Source of the DNA: Magallana gigas
Taxonomy: Eukaryota
DNA: 64,000 bases
Direction: 5' to 3'
NCBI RefSeq assembly: GCF_963853765.1
Contig: NC_088859.1
Coordinates: 43,648,001-43,712,000, forward strand
Positions 38,734 to 51,700 of this stretch are shown in pieces (position 1 is the first letter of the stretch; every line of letters begins with the position of its first letter). A program made the position numbers and the translations under genes. The notes under the pieces are model-generated. The model saw only the letters and a program-made list of their open reading frames with translations, searched no databases and was not told the origin of the DNA.

Positions 38734-41700
38734 CTGTTTTTATAAAAATAAAAAAGAAACATCTTATTGTGTATAAATGTCATGGCATGCCCACTTGATC
38801 ACGTTTATCCTTTAACACAAAGACATGTACTCTTCTCTGATACATATGTTCATGCTTCAGATGTTTCATAGATGTTAAGGAAGGGCCGGTCATTATCCAA
38901 GTCTAAGTCTCAATTATCATATCGAATAACCTGAACCAATATTTTATCATGACAAGGCGATTCACAATTTAAAATGCGATTTAATAATCAGAACTCGAAA
39001 AGGTGTATCAGAATTTGTTTATATTTCTTCAAATAACAGTATAGAATAAAGACATGAACCAAATGAATACCCTGAAATGTTTTTTTTAAATCAACACATA
39101 AAAAGTTTTCATTGAAAATTTTGAGTCGTCTCTGCCTTTTGTAGCAACAACTGGGAGAGGCCAACAGAGGCGTGCAACAATATGTGGTGTAGGGAAATAT
39201 TTTTTTTTTTTAGTTCTTGCAAGAGCTCGCTCTGTTAAACTGGTCTCGAGTGTGTTTCATTACTGGAGTAGCCCAAGCACAAAAATTGTTTGCACACAAG
39301 GTTGACTTTTCGCCTCACCGTTTTTTACCTTAATTAAAATTTGTATAAATATAGTTTCATTTTCGAAATGCGTGTACGTATACTGATCATATTATTGAGA
39401 GGGAAAATTCATCCAATTTTTATCTTCAAATGACGAAAACGCCAAATCATTGTTAATTACTGGTAAATTTGTCTCTTGTTCCAGTGAATTCATGCCTATC
39501 TTTTAAGATTAACTGATATCTGAAGAACATGCAACACAGAATAAAAAAATCACAAATTAGTAGTGCACTTACCAGAAACGTGCTGAGCTCACGTGCAATG
39601 CATTCACATTCGTGCATAAAACGAGATAAAAGTCAAAAGTAGGATTTTATTCTTCAATTATAAAATTTAAATATTCAACACAAAACAACAATAAACAATC
39701 AATAATGACATCGTAGAATAAACAGTTCATAAAAATACATAAATATACGAATGATGACCGTAGGTGATAGCTCAATTTGGGCGGTACAACTTCAGCAACT
39801 TGATTGAAACTCCTAAAGAATTGAACAACTTTTTACGTGACTTCTGTGAACTATGAATAGAACATTATGTTTTTAAAAAAAGAACACAAAGAACAAAAAA
39901 AAGTGACGTGAAGTAAATGTTCATAGTCATGCAATGCGTAATTCATATCTGAGAGACGTGCAGTGATTGTCGTGCTGATAGCCGATTGTGTACAGGGAAA
40001 TCCAAAGTTAGGTTTTCTTTATAGTTCTGATTGTTCTTTTCACTCTGCCCTGCCGTGGGTAAAGAGCTATCTAGAAACAGAAAAAGACTTGTCTGATCGC
40101 TCAAGATCTAAATGATAGCGACAATGAATGCAAGCTGAGATTGGTTAATTTCTTCCGTTTTCTTAACGGCCTCCGTCCTGTATCAGCTTTTGTTAGAAAT
40201 AACAGCCCACTATCTGAAATTCATTGCTATTCCGAGTCTGCGCTGGGTCTGGATGTCCAAGGTTTATCTTAGCTACTCGAATAAGGGAGGGTTCGTCTGT
40301 ATCACTGCAATGAAAAGCACGTCCTGTCCCAGAAGACATTTGTAAGGGCCTGGGGGTTATATTATAGGCCAAACAAAAAAATTACTAGTAGCTAGAACTA
40401 GTATTGACCCAGACCGGCAATTGAGTGATTTTTTTTCTTGATTTTCAACGATTTACGAACTTTTTGTTGTGGATCATAGCCATACATGACGACATTGTAG
40501 TTAAATCTTACTGACCTTTGGCGTTGAAATGGACTATTGTTCTTTGGAAAATTGACGACACTTTGGAATTGAGCATGCGTGAAACAGTCGGTGATAGAGG
40601 GCATAGAAGGCATGCTTAGTTGATTTTGAGGCTGAGATTTGTGAGGATCATTTTCATCTTTACGAACCTTTCGCTTCTTGTGAAGACAATAAGCTAAGAC
40701 AGATATCAGTATCAACAGCACAAGAAATCCAACGACGCCCCCGATAATGTAGGGCGTAGTACTGGTCTCGGACGGCGACGAAACTCGTTTTTTGTTGACT
40801 GCCCCTACAACGTAATTGAAGAAGTGTTCGTCAAATCTCAAAAGATCGATTTACAACGTGTGTTTTCAGACAAATAATACAAGTGCAACCCTTAGGACAC
40901 GAAACGCACCGTGTAGTCCTGTGAAATCTAAAATAATCTGTGTCAAATTACCATTTTCCTGGTTTAAAAAGTTTTTTCTCAAAGTACATAATTAAACTTG
41001 ATACAAATTTACACTACTCGTATGCGATAATTGGGTTTCCCTGCGTTTCGTACATGTAGATTAGCAGGAAAAGGTATAATTGGGAGGTATTCGATTGGTA
41101 TGCCTGTCTTAAATGGGCGTGGCCATAGGAACCGATGAGAATAAAAGATTAAATTGGGGTTTTAAAATCATTCTAAGGCAGCGCTCTATAGAGTACACAT
41201 TTTAAAAAATCTAATAATAATGAATATGTATTTATATAAGTATTTATAAACACATGTATTCACTTGATGTCGTGCTTTTTCATGGTCAAATACTGCATTT
41301 AATGAACGTCCGGCGCTCCTTAGTTAAATACACAGCATCGGGCACAGATTTCCAGTTTGTCGTATATGGTTTTTTTTATAGCCGGTTTTAAACGTCGTCA
41401 ATGATAGGTACACTTTTATATAACAGTTGGCTGTTGTATGCGTTTAGTTGCATTGCCAATCAACCCCAGCATCGCTTACGGCATATACCGGTATGTGTTG
41501 TATTTATTGAAGACAAAATAGTGTATACTATACTGAATGTAGAACTAATCAAATTAGAAATAGACCCTATCATAAGTATATACATGTAAGATGCGCGTGT
41601 CATATCACTACTAGTGTATCATCCTACGAACTACATGTATACAGTGTACACGTTCGACACACAAGAGAATAAGTACCATATACCCAGACCCCATACTACT

Positions 41701-42744
41701 TAGACCAGACCCCATACTACTTGACAAATGATCGGTGTATTCAGAAATTACAATTTGGTCTCATGACATTCCTCAGTTTGTCTGTAAAATAATGAGAAGA
41801 TATCGTCCCAAAGGTTTTAGAAATGACAGTTAATGACGTAACCTGTGTCGGGGACACATGAAACTCGAAGATTATATCCGTGAGACGTGTCTTACAGCCA
41901 ATGAATGTATCACGGTTAATCTTCGAAGAACATTGACATTATTAAAGTTCCCAAAATTCTATTCAGTTTGGTGGATCGAGGTCGCTTTAAGTTACCAGGT
42001 ACCAAGCACGTATTTATTATAGATCTATCAGATCTGTCAGACACTAATTTTTGGGGATAAATACAAAAATCCTGGGGTACAGGGCCGGAGACAATATTAA
42101 TGTTGTGACGCTAAACCTTTGAATGTTATAGCAGTACATATGTATAATTAAATTACGAAAATTAATGTTTACCTAAAATTAAGAGAAGCACCCCTCTCAG
42201 ATTTAGAATACTATAGAATACTATTTTTGACAATCGTGGCTTATTTGATGAAATTATAACAAAAGTTCAGTGATTGCAATTTTATATATTATATAAAACG
42301 GCGGAATAGCGGAAATAAATACATGCGTAATATTAATTCAAATGAGAGAAATGGATATTAAAAAATTTAAAAATTAAAACAAAATTTTAACACTGTTATC
42401 AGAAATGGGTGACTTATCGGTTACTTACCTGCTGCTGATGTAATAACTTTCAATGGTCTACCGCAACTGATAGTGCGCGCAAAAGCACTGGATCCAGAAC
42501 ACATTCTGAACGTGTAGTTGAAGCCGGGTGTTAACCCAGAGACTGTGAATAACGGCGAGGACCGGTTAGAGATGGTGTTGAAGCTCTGTCTCTCCGTGGA
42601 GATGTCCAGCATCTGTAACAGGAAGTGCTGCGGAGAGCCGCCATTGAACCCCGGATTACACTCTACCTGCACGGATGTGTCGCTCACTGCTTTGGTGGAA
42701 CAATTGAAAGGAATTTCGGGTGGACCTACAATGAAACTCGATCA

Positions 42745-42780
<36 letters not shown>

Positions 42781-45700
42781 GGGGGAGAGAGAGAGAGAGA
42801 GAGACTCATAAAGATCAGGGGCGATCTAGATTTTTTGCCACCTGATGGCTAATTTTGAGGATATGACATGTAAACTTACTGGGTTCGACAATACGATACA
42901 TGCATGGAAACATCATATCACCAACAATATTCGTAGCAATGCAAACAATGTCCGAATATTGGTTGTTCGATCTACAGAAATAAAATGAATATGAAATATT
43001 TTTTTGTGATTTCCAACAAATAAAACTGCTAGCCAAAGCTATATATGAACACAAAATGAACTCACGCAACATCTATGCGGATGGTAGTTGAGGACACGGC
43101 CTGGGATTCCACGTCTCCTAAAAGCCCAGTTTTTATTGGCGCATTACTTTGAATATACCGCCATCGCATGGTAACGTTGTTTGGACTGGCTGTAACTCGA
43201 CACGTGAGTGCAACGTCATCACCAATGCGAACGGCATGTTTCTGAACACCAGAGAACGAGCAGATGGGACTATCTGGAGAGAGAGAAAAGTTTATTTGAA
43301 TGTTCCTCAGTTAATTAGCAGGGGCCAGACTCATCCAAAAAATCTTGATAAGCAATAAAAAAAAAAAGAAGGGAAAAGTCAATTTCCCAAAATCTTCAAA
43401 ATCGTAGGGGGTACGCGGGTCGCTGGCATAGTATATATTTATAACTTCGATTTTTCTCACTTTCCATATATTTATAACTTCGATTTCTCTCACTTTCCAT
43501 TCCAATTTTTTACATACTCCCAAAAAGTGGGGAAGGGGGGGGGGGGGAACTCCATGATAATTCAATTTTTACTATGTAAATTTCAGAAATTTTTTGCTGT
43601 GAGAAAAAGTGTGTGGGGGGGGGGGGGCAGGCCGATACTACGTGCCTGATAAGTGCAGTTTAATGGTAAAGAGTGTAAAACTTACATAGAGCCTGAACAT
43701 TCAAAGGAGGACTTTTAGCTGCTCCCAGATGATTGTAACCCTGGCAACTATACTGCCCACTTTGGTCACTGTAAACAAAATACACATGTAAATGTCTGTC
43801 AAAACACAACGTTCAAAACTTTCAGAATAATAAGTAAAAAAGTGCAAACCGATGAAAATGCTGCACATGCAGACTTGTAGAAAGTCTAGACACAGATTTG
43901 TCCACACGTGTGATGTTGAAGCTGGAGTCCGATATAGGAGATCCATTGAAGAACCACAGAGTTTGGCTTGGATTTGGTAATGGACGCGCCTCTATATCAC
44001 AATGAAGAACCAGGAGTGACCCCTCTGTAACAGTTTTAGTTCCATTATCTGCCGATATTGAGGGGGAGTCTGGGAAGAAAATGAAGGTTCGCTTTAACAA
44101 GGAAATTGTCTTCCAAAATTTCTAAATAGGATATTGAGGGGGAGTCTGGGAAGAAAATGAAGGTTTGCTTTAACAAAGAAATTGTTTTGCAAAATTTCTA
44201 AATAGGATATTATGTGATAAACGTTGAAGCGTTGAAAGGCCTAATATTCTATAATATTACTAGCATAGGGGATAATATTAATTTAAATCACGGTAGATGA
44301 AAAGTGGTTTCGGTCGTCAGAGGGAATATTTAATGACTTACAATTAGGTAGAAGGACAACTGAGCGGTTGAGACTATGTATAAACGTCTTCTGTAAAACT
44401 GGGTTTGTAACTACACAGGAGAGAGCCTGGTTCTCCATGTTTCTGGTAAGGTGTCGAATCAACGTTCCTCTGACCAAGTAAGTATCGTCCGAGTTTCTGA
44501 TTACTTGTACAGAGGTGCTGTTAACTCGTACGCCATTCAGCATCCAGAAGATTTTTGCTGCAGGTCTACTTCCGTTACTATGACACGTGATGGATCGTAA
44601 CTCCCCATCATCAAACAATCCGGTGAAGCTATCAAAGACCGGAGCCAGGGGAGCAACTGTAACAGAGGAAAACAAAGAAAGAAGAAACCATAAGCCTGAA
44701 ACGTCAGAACAACTTCTTTTGGTTTTCGGGCTGTCTTTTAATTACGATCACTTACGGTTAACGTTCAGAACCACTGTTTGTTGAACTTGGTAGAAATACT
44801 GTATGCTGGCGTCACATATCACAGACCCCTTATACATCGTCCTGTCGAGCGTCAACCTAAGGGTGTTCACCCGAGAAATGGTGCCGTTGGCGTGAACCGT
44901 GTCCACGTCGTGTCCGACGTAAGTGGTTCCGTTCGTGTTCGGACCTACAGTATACTAATTACAGTCAGTACAGCAAGAACACGGGATCCAGTGATACTAG
45001 TTTTATGATCGATCTGCCGTTTGGCTTACCCAGTAGATGCCACTGTACTAGGGGTGGAGGTTTTCCGCCGTCCGCTGTACATGTTAGGGTCTGTACAGAT
45101 CCCTCATCTATAACAGTGTCTGGTCCGTTCACAGTAAACAGGGTGGGTNNNNNNNNNNNNNNNNNNNNNNNNNNNNNNNNNNNNNNNNNNNNNNNNNNNN
45201 NNNNNNNNNNNNNNNNNNNNNNNNNNNNNNNNNNNNNNNNNNNNNNNNNNNNNNNNNNNNNNNNNNNNNNNNNNNNNNNNNNNNNNNNNNNNNNNNNNNN
45301 NNNNNNNNNNNNNNNNNNNNNNNNNNNNNNNNNNNNNNNNNNNNNNNNNNNNNNNNNNNNNNNNNNNNNNNNNNNNNNNNNNNNNNNNNNNNNNNNNNNN
45401 NNNNNNNNNNNNNNNNNNNNNNNNNNNNNNNNNNNNNNNNNNNNNNNNNNNNNNNNNNNNNNNNNNNNNNAACTGTAAATAACCTTTTTTCCAAATCGGA
45501 GCCATATTCTTACATTCATATATGGATAAAGGTATATAAAGGTATATCTTTAAAGATTAATTCTTTTGCGACGCAGAAAACATTGATTTTCTTCGCGGTA
45601 TAGCTAGATAATTTTGCAAATAGAGAAAAAGACACACATTTATTGTTTTGACACTGTTGCTATAATAACAGCGGAAAAACAAAGGAAAATTCAGAGCTAA

Positions 45701-48700
45701 TTTAAGTTACAACTTGCTAGTAAATTAAGGATAAAATATGTTTTAAAAAAGCCATCACTATGGCTTTAAACTATATACATGTATGTAGTTAAGAATTATG
45801 ATTCTTATACATAACACGTTGTTTGAATTTCGCAAGATTTTGCAATAATGTCAGAAAAGGTGGGCTATGATATTTACACAGATAAAAAAAAAAAAAGACT
45901 TTCTGATTTCCTTATATTTTAGTAATGTGAACTATTTTTATTATTTGTTGAATTACGTGTATATTCATTTATTCATTGTACATGTATATAAAGAAGGTTT
46001 CCTCATAAGTCTATTCAGATTTTTTTGATCCTAGGATGACCCGGGCGATACTTTGGGAAGGATAAATCTATTCTTATATTGCCTGTGGCCTTTCAACGAT
46101 ATACAATTGAAACTATTAAATTCGGTTTTTAGAATAAACGTTTTGTAATTCAACACTTTTATTTATAAGAATTCGGAAATTATTTTAAAGACACCTAGGT
46201 CAATACATTAGTTATGATCATTAAAACCCATTCTCATTTTAAAACCAGGAAACATTCTCATAATAAGGCGGAAGTTTATAGGATGGCAAAGTACTTCTTT
46301 ATTTCCGTTGTTTTGTCAAATGCATATCATTGGTGTCTACATACATTAAAGATAAATTGGGCGATAAAATTCGGATGTTATTTTTTAATTCATACAGATT
46401 TTTTATGATTTATGGTTTCACGTACATGTATACCAGTATTCCAGACGAACTGTACATGTACAGCTTTACATTGTTATCTCTTTTGAGAAGTGGACAGGCA
46501 CAGCGTACATCCATTTCTCTTCGCAAACCCTTATATTTTATTCTGGAAAACGAGTAAATGTCGGAACCGAAGACGGTCTACGCTTTGACCAATGTGACGA
46601 CTCCAGTTTCCTTGAATTTTCGTAACAAACCTATTATTTCTACATTTTAAACTTTATTGCATCCATATATCACAAAAAATCAACATTAACCCGCTGTCAA
46701 ATCATTTTCGCAACAACATTATTTTAAAACCACTAATGCATAAATATGGAGGAATATATACATGTATAAATTTGATAAATAATAATATAGAGCCCTTACT
46801 TATATTTGTATCGATTGAATATTGTAAAGACCTGGACATGATTTGAGTTCAAAATTTTCGACTTTATTTTCATAAATGAGTTCTAAATAGTTGATAAATT
46901 TGCCTTTTTTGTAATAAGTACGCTGCTTTAAGTATTAGTAATTTCTATGTTATTCGACCTTAAACCTTTGAGACTTTCAAAGTTCAATTCTAGGGACATT
47001 TTAGCGATGAAAAGAAAAACTATTCATATAGATAACTTATAATTATCCAAAAAAAAAAACACACAAAAACGCTCTGTCGATTTTTTGAGATACTAATAAT
47101 TAAGTTCTCCAGATTATATTGCAATCAAAACTATTATGTCGATCAATTTTTTTTTTATCGATTTCATCTATATTGATGGCTTAATTGCCGACTAATTAAT
47201 TAAACTGCTCAGGCGAAGTCTGTGCATTTGTATATAACACAATTATTGTCTAATTAATTAATGTACGTGATTATGTACAGTATATATTATAAAAACAAAA
47301 GCAACAAATGATACAAATGTTTATTGTATATAATTTATTTGATTGCATCCCAGAATATTTATTAAAACTGTTATTTATAATTTTTACAGGGTACGTTTTC
47401 TCCAAGAAAAAATGTACATGGGTAAGTTCTCTCTTGGAGAAAACGTACCCTAGGAAATGGGTAAGTTTTCTCCTGGGTACGTTTTCTCCTGGGTACGTTT
47501 TCTCCAGCATTAATACATAGCTATACGCGGCGCAGCCAATACCGTTTTTCGGTTATGTTAAAAGACACGCCCGTTTTGTGTCACTCATGTGTTATGAAGT
47601 TATTGGTTTTTAGGGTTTAAAATTGATTCGATTTGTTATAATGGACGAAGACAGTTGATAATGTAATTGTAAACCCCTGAAGTGTCAAAATAGGTAGTTA
47701 CAGTTAATCTTAAGATAAGCCTGGCTAAATTAGACAGAAAACGGACATACGGAAGGACAAAGCAAAACCAGGACACGTGTTTACTCCTGTCTTCGATATC
47801 GGGGGCATAAAACCTGCCATGTTAAAGCGAAAAAGCATGTAATACGTGTGGATTACTTTAATGAGTTTGGAGACAAACTACTGCGTATATATGGAACTTT
47901 TCACCAAGTAGTGTAAGGTATGAGTTGGGGTTCCCTACGGCTTTCCATAGTAAGCTTGCCTGATCCCCAACCAGTGTTGCCACTGTCAAACACAATGCGC
48001 ATGTATCTGTTCTTCGTACTGTGTACATTATATAAATAGTGCCTGTTTGGGAGGGTAACAGTTGAAATTGACACCCCGAGAAAACCATTGTCAGCCGACG
48101 CGAAGCGGAGGTTGACAATGGTTTTCGAGGGGTGTCAATTTCAACTGTTATCCTCCCAAACAGGCACTATTTATTTTGTTATACTGAATGTCTAAATTTC
48201 TAAGAAAATTTTACTGCTTTTATATAGGAATAACGTGAATTCTACAGCGAACCGTACGCGCATAATTTTCGCGCATGAAACAATTTGTAATGTTACCCGT
48301 TGCTAAGTGCGTTGCTAACGCTGAGGGTAATAGAACGGATTATGAACTGCGTCTTAACCAATCAGATTTCAGTATTTAACGTGAAAGTATAACAAAATTA
48401 ATGATAAAGGAAATTTAGCAGTAATTTTTAATGCTTTGCAATAAGAAAAAATATAATAGTAAAGTTTGATTCAAAATATATCAAGTTTGATAAAGTAAAT
48501 CTCAATGAAAGCCCATCACAAAATGGAGGTGTCCCATACTTCCTTTGATTGGTAATGTCTTGTGAAAGAAGTCCGTGTATGATAATATATTGATCTGATA
48601 TTCTCTGCTTTTCTACTAAATAATATTAATGTCGCCTCCAAGAGACCTTATAAGACTACACATCATAAAAAGAGGATCATTAATTGACTTTGTATTCTTA

Positions 48701-51700
48701 GTGAATTCTTCACTAAAATCGAGTTTAAAAACAATAACAAGTCGACACAAATATTGTATTGTTCATCAAATCATCAGTTTTTGACGCAAATGCTCATCTC
48801 TTATCGATTGTTTTTTCCTGATAACAGGTATTTGGAGTAGCTCTATCCGGGGAGGTAATTCTACACCTCACGGAACGGCTTGATTAGCCGCACTCAATAT
48901 CTGGTTCAACCATTGTATTCACTAGTAAAAATGATAATCATATTAATTAATTCAAAGATATTTAAACAGATTTTTTTTAAATGAAATTCAAATTCTGAAC
49001 TTCCATATAATGCCAATGGGACACAATATCCTATTCGGTGAAAGACTTTGCAAATTTCAGGACGGGTCGCTGGCGACTTTTGTTATATTTGAATACAAGG
49101 AACTACTAGTATTGAATTACCTATATAAGTGTTGCATAACGTTACCATTCTATGGTTTGAGTAATAATAAATTGAAATCCTTGAATTCTTTTTTTAGTAT
49201 GGCGCCATCATATTTACTTTTTTCTGTCATTAATTCAGCAAGTTTTAACCGAAATTGGGCAGTTCCAGACGCTACGCTTTTACATGTAACCAAATCTGTT
49301 AACTCTCTTGCACTTTTAAACGACACTGATATCATTTAAGTTAACAGTTTTTAAAAGTTGCTTTTGTTGTTCAAATCAATAGCAAATATTCCTTGTTCTT
49401 TGAGGGAAAGATGTAAAGAACTTATGTGGTACAATAACATTGCACTCTGAGTTGAAAAAGTCGCCAAAGAAACACCGCTACTGCTAATTAGTGAAAAGGG
49501 TTTCCTTTGAAAAAAGATTTGATATCTCGTTAATGACAACGGGGGTATAGATGCGCAGGTGCAGAGCATTTTCATCTAGGAAACTCTGTAACGATCGATA
49601 CGGTTTACCGTGTAATTAGGGAACACTAGTCGATAATTGGCAATCTTAGTCAAAATAAATCTTTAAAGACGCATAAAATCAATGCACCTCGCAATAGATG
49701 CTAAGACATTAAACCTGCCTTCGATATTGAGGTTTGGTCATTAATGATCAAAATAGGGATAATGATGGTGACAAACACCACACGTGACCTCATGATCTAA
49801 AGATAAGGACATCAAATCAATGGATTACCACAATCTCGTAAAACCCAACTTCGGAAAAGTTGACAATGTATATTGAATTCGTGTTTTTTGAAATTCCAAA
49901 AAGTGATAAAGACTTGTTATAAAAGCTAGCTACGTGCTGACAATGACAATGACAATTTCTTTATTCTCTGAACTGCATAAATTACAGTGTTGAGAAAAAT
50001 CTCAAAAAATTGGACGGCGAATATTAAATTACCAAAGCCTAGGCCCCAGGTGGATCATGAAGCAATCTTAGACTTGCGTCAGAAATTGTACACTGTATTA
50101 ATGTTTCTTGTTTAAAACCACTGTCAAAATTGAAATGCTATCAAAAGTATCTTGATATAACATGTACATATCATTCCTTCAGTAGAAGAATCACTCTTAC
50201 AAGTATCAACATATCTATCATTCAAAGCAAACATAAAAAAATCACGGCTATTATATAGGCTAAAACTGTTATCTTTTTTTGGTGCTAGAATCATTATAAA
50301 ATCATAACTGATTTGAGGAATCTTTTTCTCGTATTTTACAGCTTTAAAGGAATTATGTAGAAAATGAAACAATTTTTTGACATTCTGTAAGCAATTATGA
50401 GAAAAATAATCATGTAATCTATATTTTGATTTGACATCACTTTAAAAAGGAGCTCAAAGCTTGTTTAATGCCTTTTTTATTTTAGAGAATGCAGGCGTTT
50501 TAGATATATACATCATTGGTAAAAACAAAGAACAAAATTTGGGGATTTGTTACTTATTTCCTTCATATCTTACGGAAAATGTCAGTTTAAAACATGATTT
50601 TTAAGCCTTGGTACACCCAATCAAACTAAACTATTGTTATGAAGCAGAATTTAAGAATTTACGTCCTGAATTTCGTAAACCTGTAGACACCTTCCATTAA
50701 CTAGATCTTGACCTGTTAAACCCTGGAGCCAGGGCAGACTAGTCTCTAGTCGTTGTACAATCTAGTTAGATGATAAATCGTCCTGTCGGAGTTCTTCGGT
50801 AACTCCAGTACGCTGTATACCGATGTTGTTATACTTGTGCTCTAAGAACCATAACCAGGGATATCTTACCACCCGTATGTGCACTGATTATCAAATTGTT
50901 CCTAACATACATATCAAATTTTATGACAATTGATATACCCAAAACCATCGTTAATTTATATTTTAAAAAACAAACAAACAAAAAAAAACCCCACCGCATA
51001 ATGCACATGCGTTTGAGTTTGCGTTGCGAGAGTGTTCTTGAACCAATTCATTTAGCAATACAATTTTCGTTGTGGTTAGGTACAATAAAACACTTTCAAG
51101 AAAGCATTGGCTGAGTGAACATGCAACGTAAGTTTGTATGGAACGCCTCAGTTGCCTTATGTAGGTAATCTTCATAATATGATGATACTTCAACATTACA
51201 TGCTGATACTTTAACATTACGTGATGGTACTTTAACATTACATGATGGTACTTCAACATTACGTGCTGATACTTCAACATTACATGATGGTACTTTAACA
51301 TTACATGCTGATACTTCAACATTACGTGATGGTACTTTAACATTACGTGATGGTACTTTAACATTACGTGCTGATACTTTAACATTACATGCTGATACTT
51401 TAACATTATATGATGGTACTTTAACATTACATGCTGATACTTCAACATTACATGCTGATACTTCATTATATGATGGTACTTCACTATGCGGTGGTTCTAA
51501 AAATAGGGAAGTTTTAACATTGGGCTGTTTCTCTGTTTCAGAGATTGATCACATAGGACTGAGGTCCACTGAGACTAGTTTGGATCATGTAAATCAAAGT
51601 ACTGAAGTACTGTCGGGAGTGGATTTTATTGATTATTATCAATTTTAAAATCAACGATATGTTATAAAACATTTTATAATATGAATTCTCGAACTTTTCC

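Noticed and set aside
38780-38930. Extra exon between the microexon and exon 38733
   Set aside because: The best acceptor (GGTTCAG) leads to stops in all three frames.
40398-40515. Read-through of the TM exon to the stop at 40398
   Set aside because: Tandem donors at 40515 and 40511 match downstream exons in phase. Intron retention is possible but unsupported.
45005-45519. Long ORFs spanning the N run
   Set aside because: Artefacts of untranslatable Ns.
48900-49800. Coding-looking fragments on the minus strand
   Set aside because: Stops occur in every frame, with no recognisable motif or phase-compatible splice sites.
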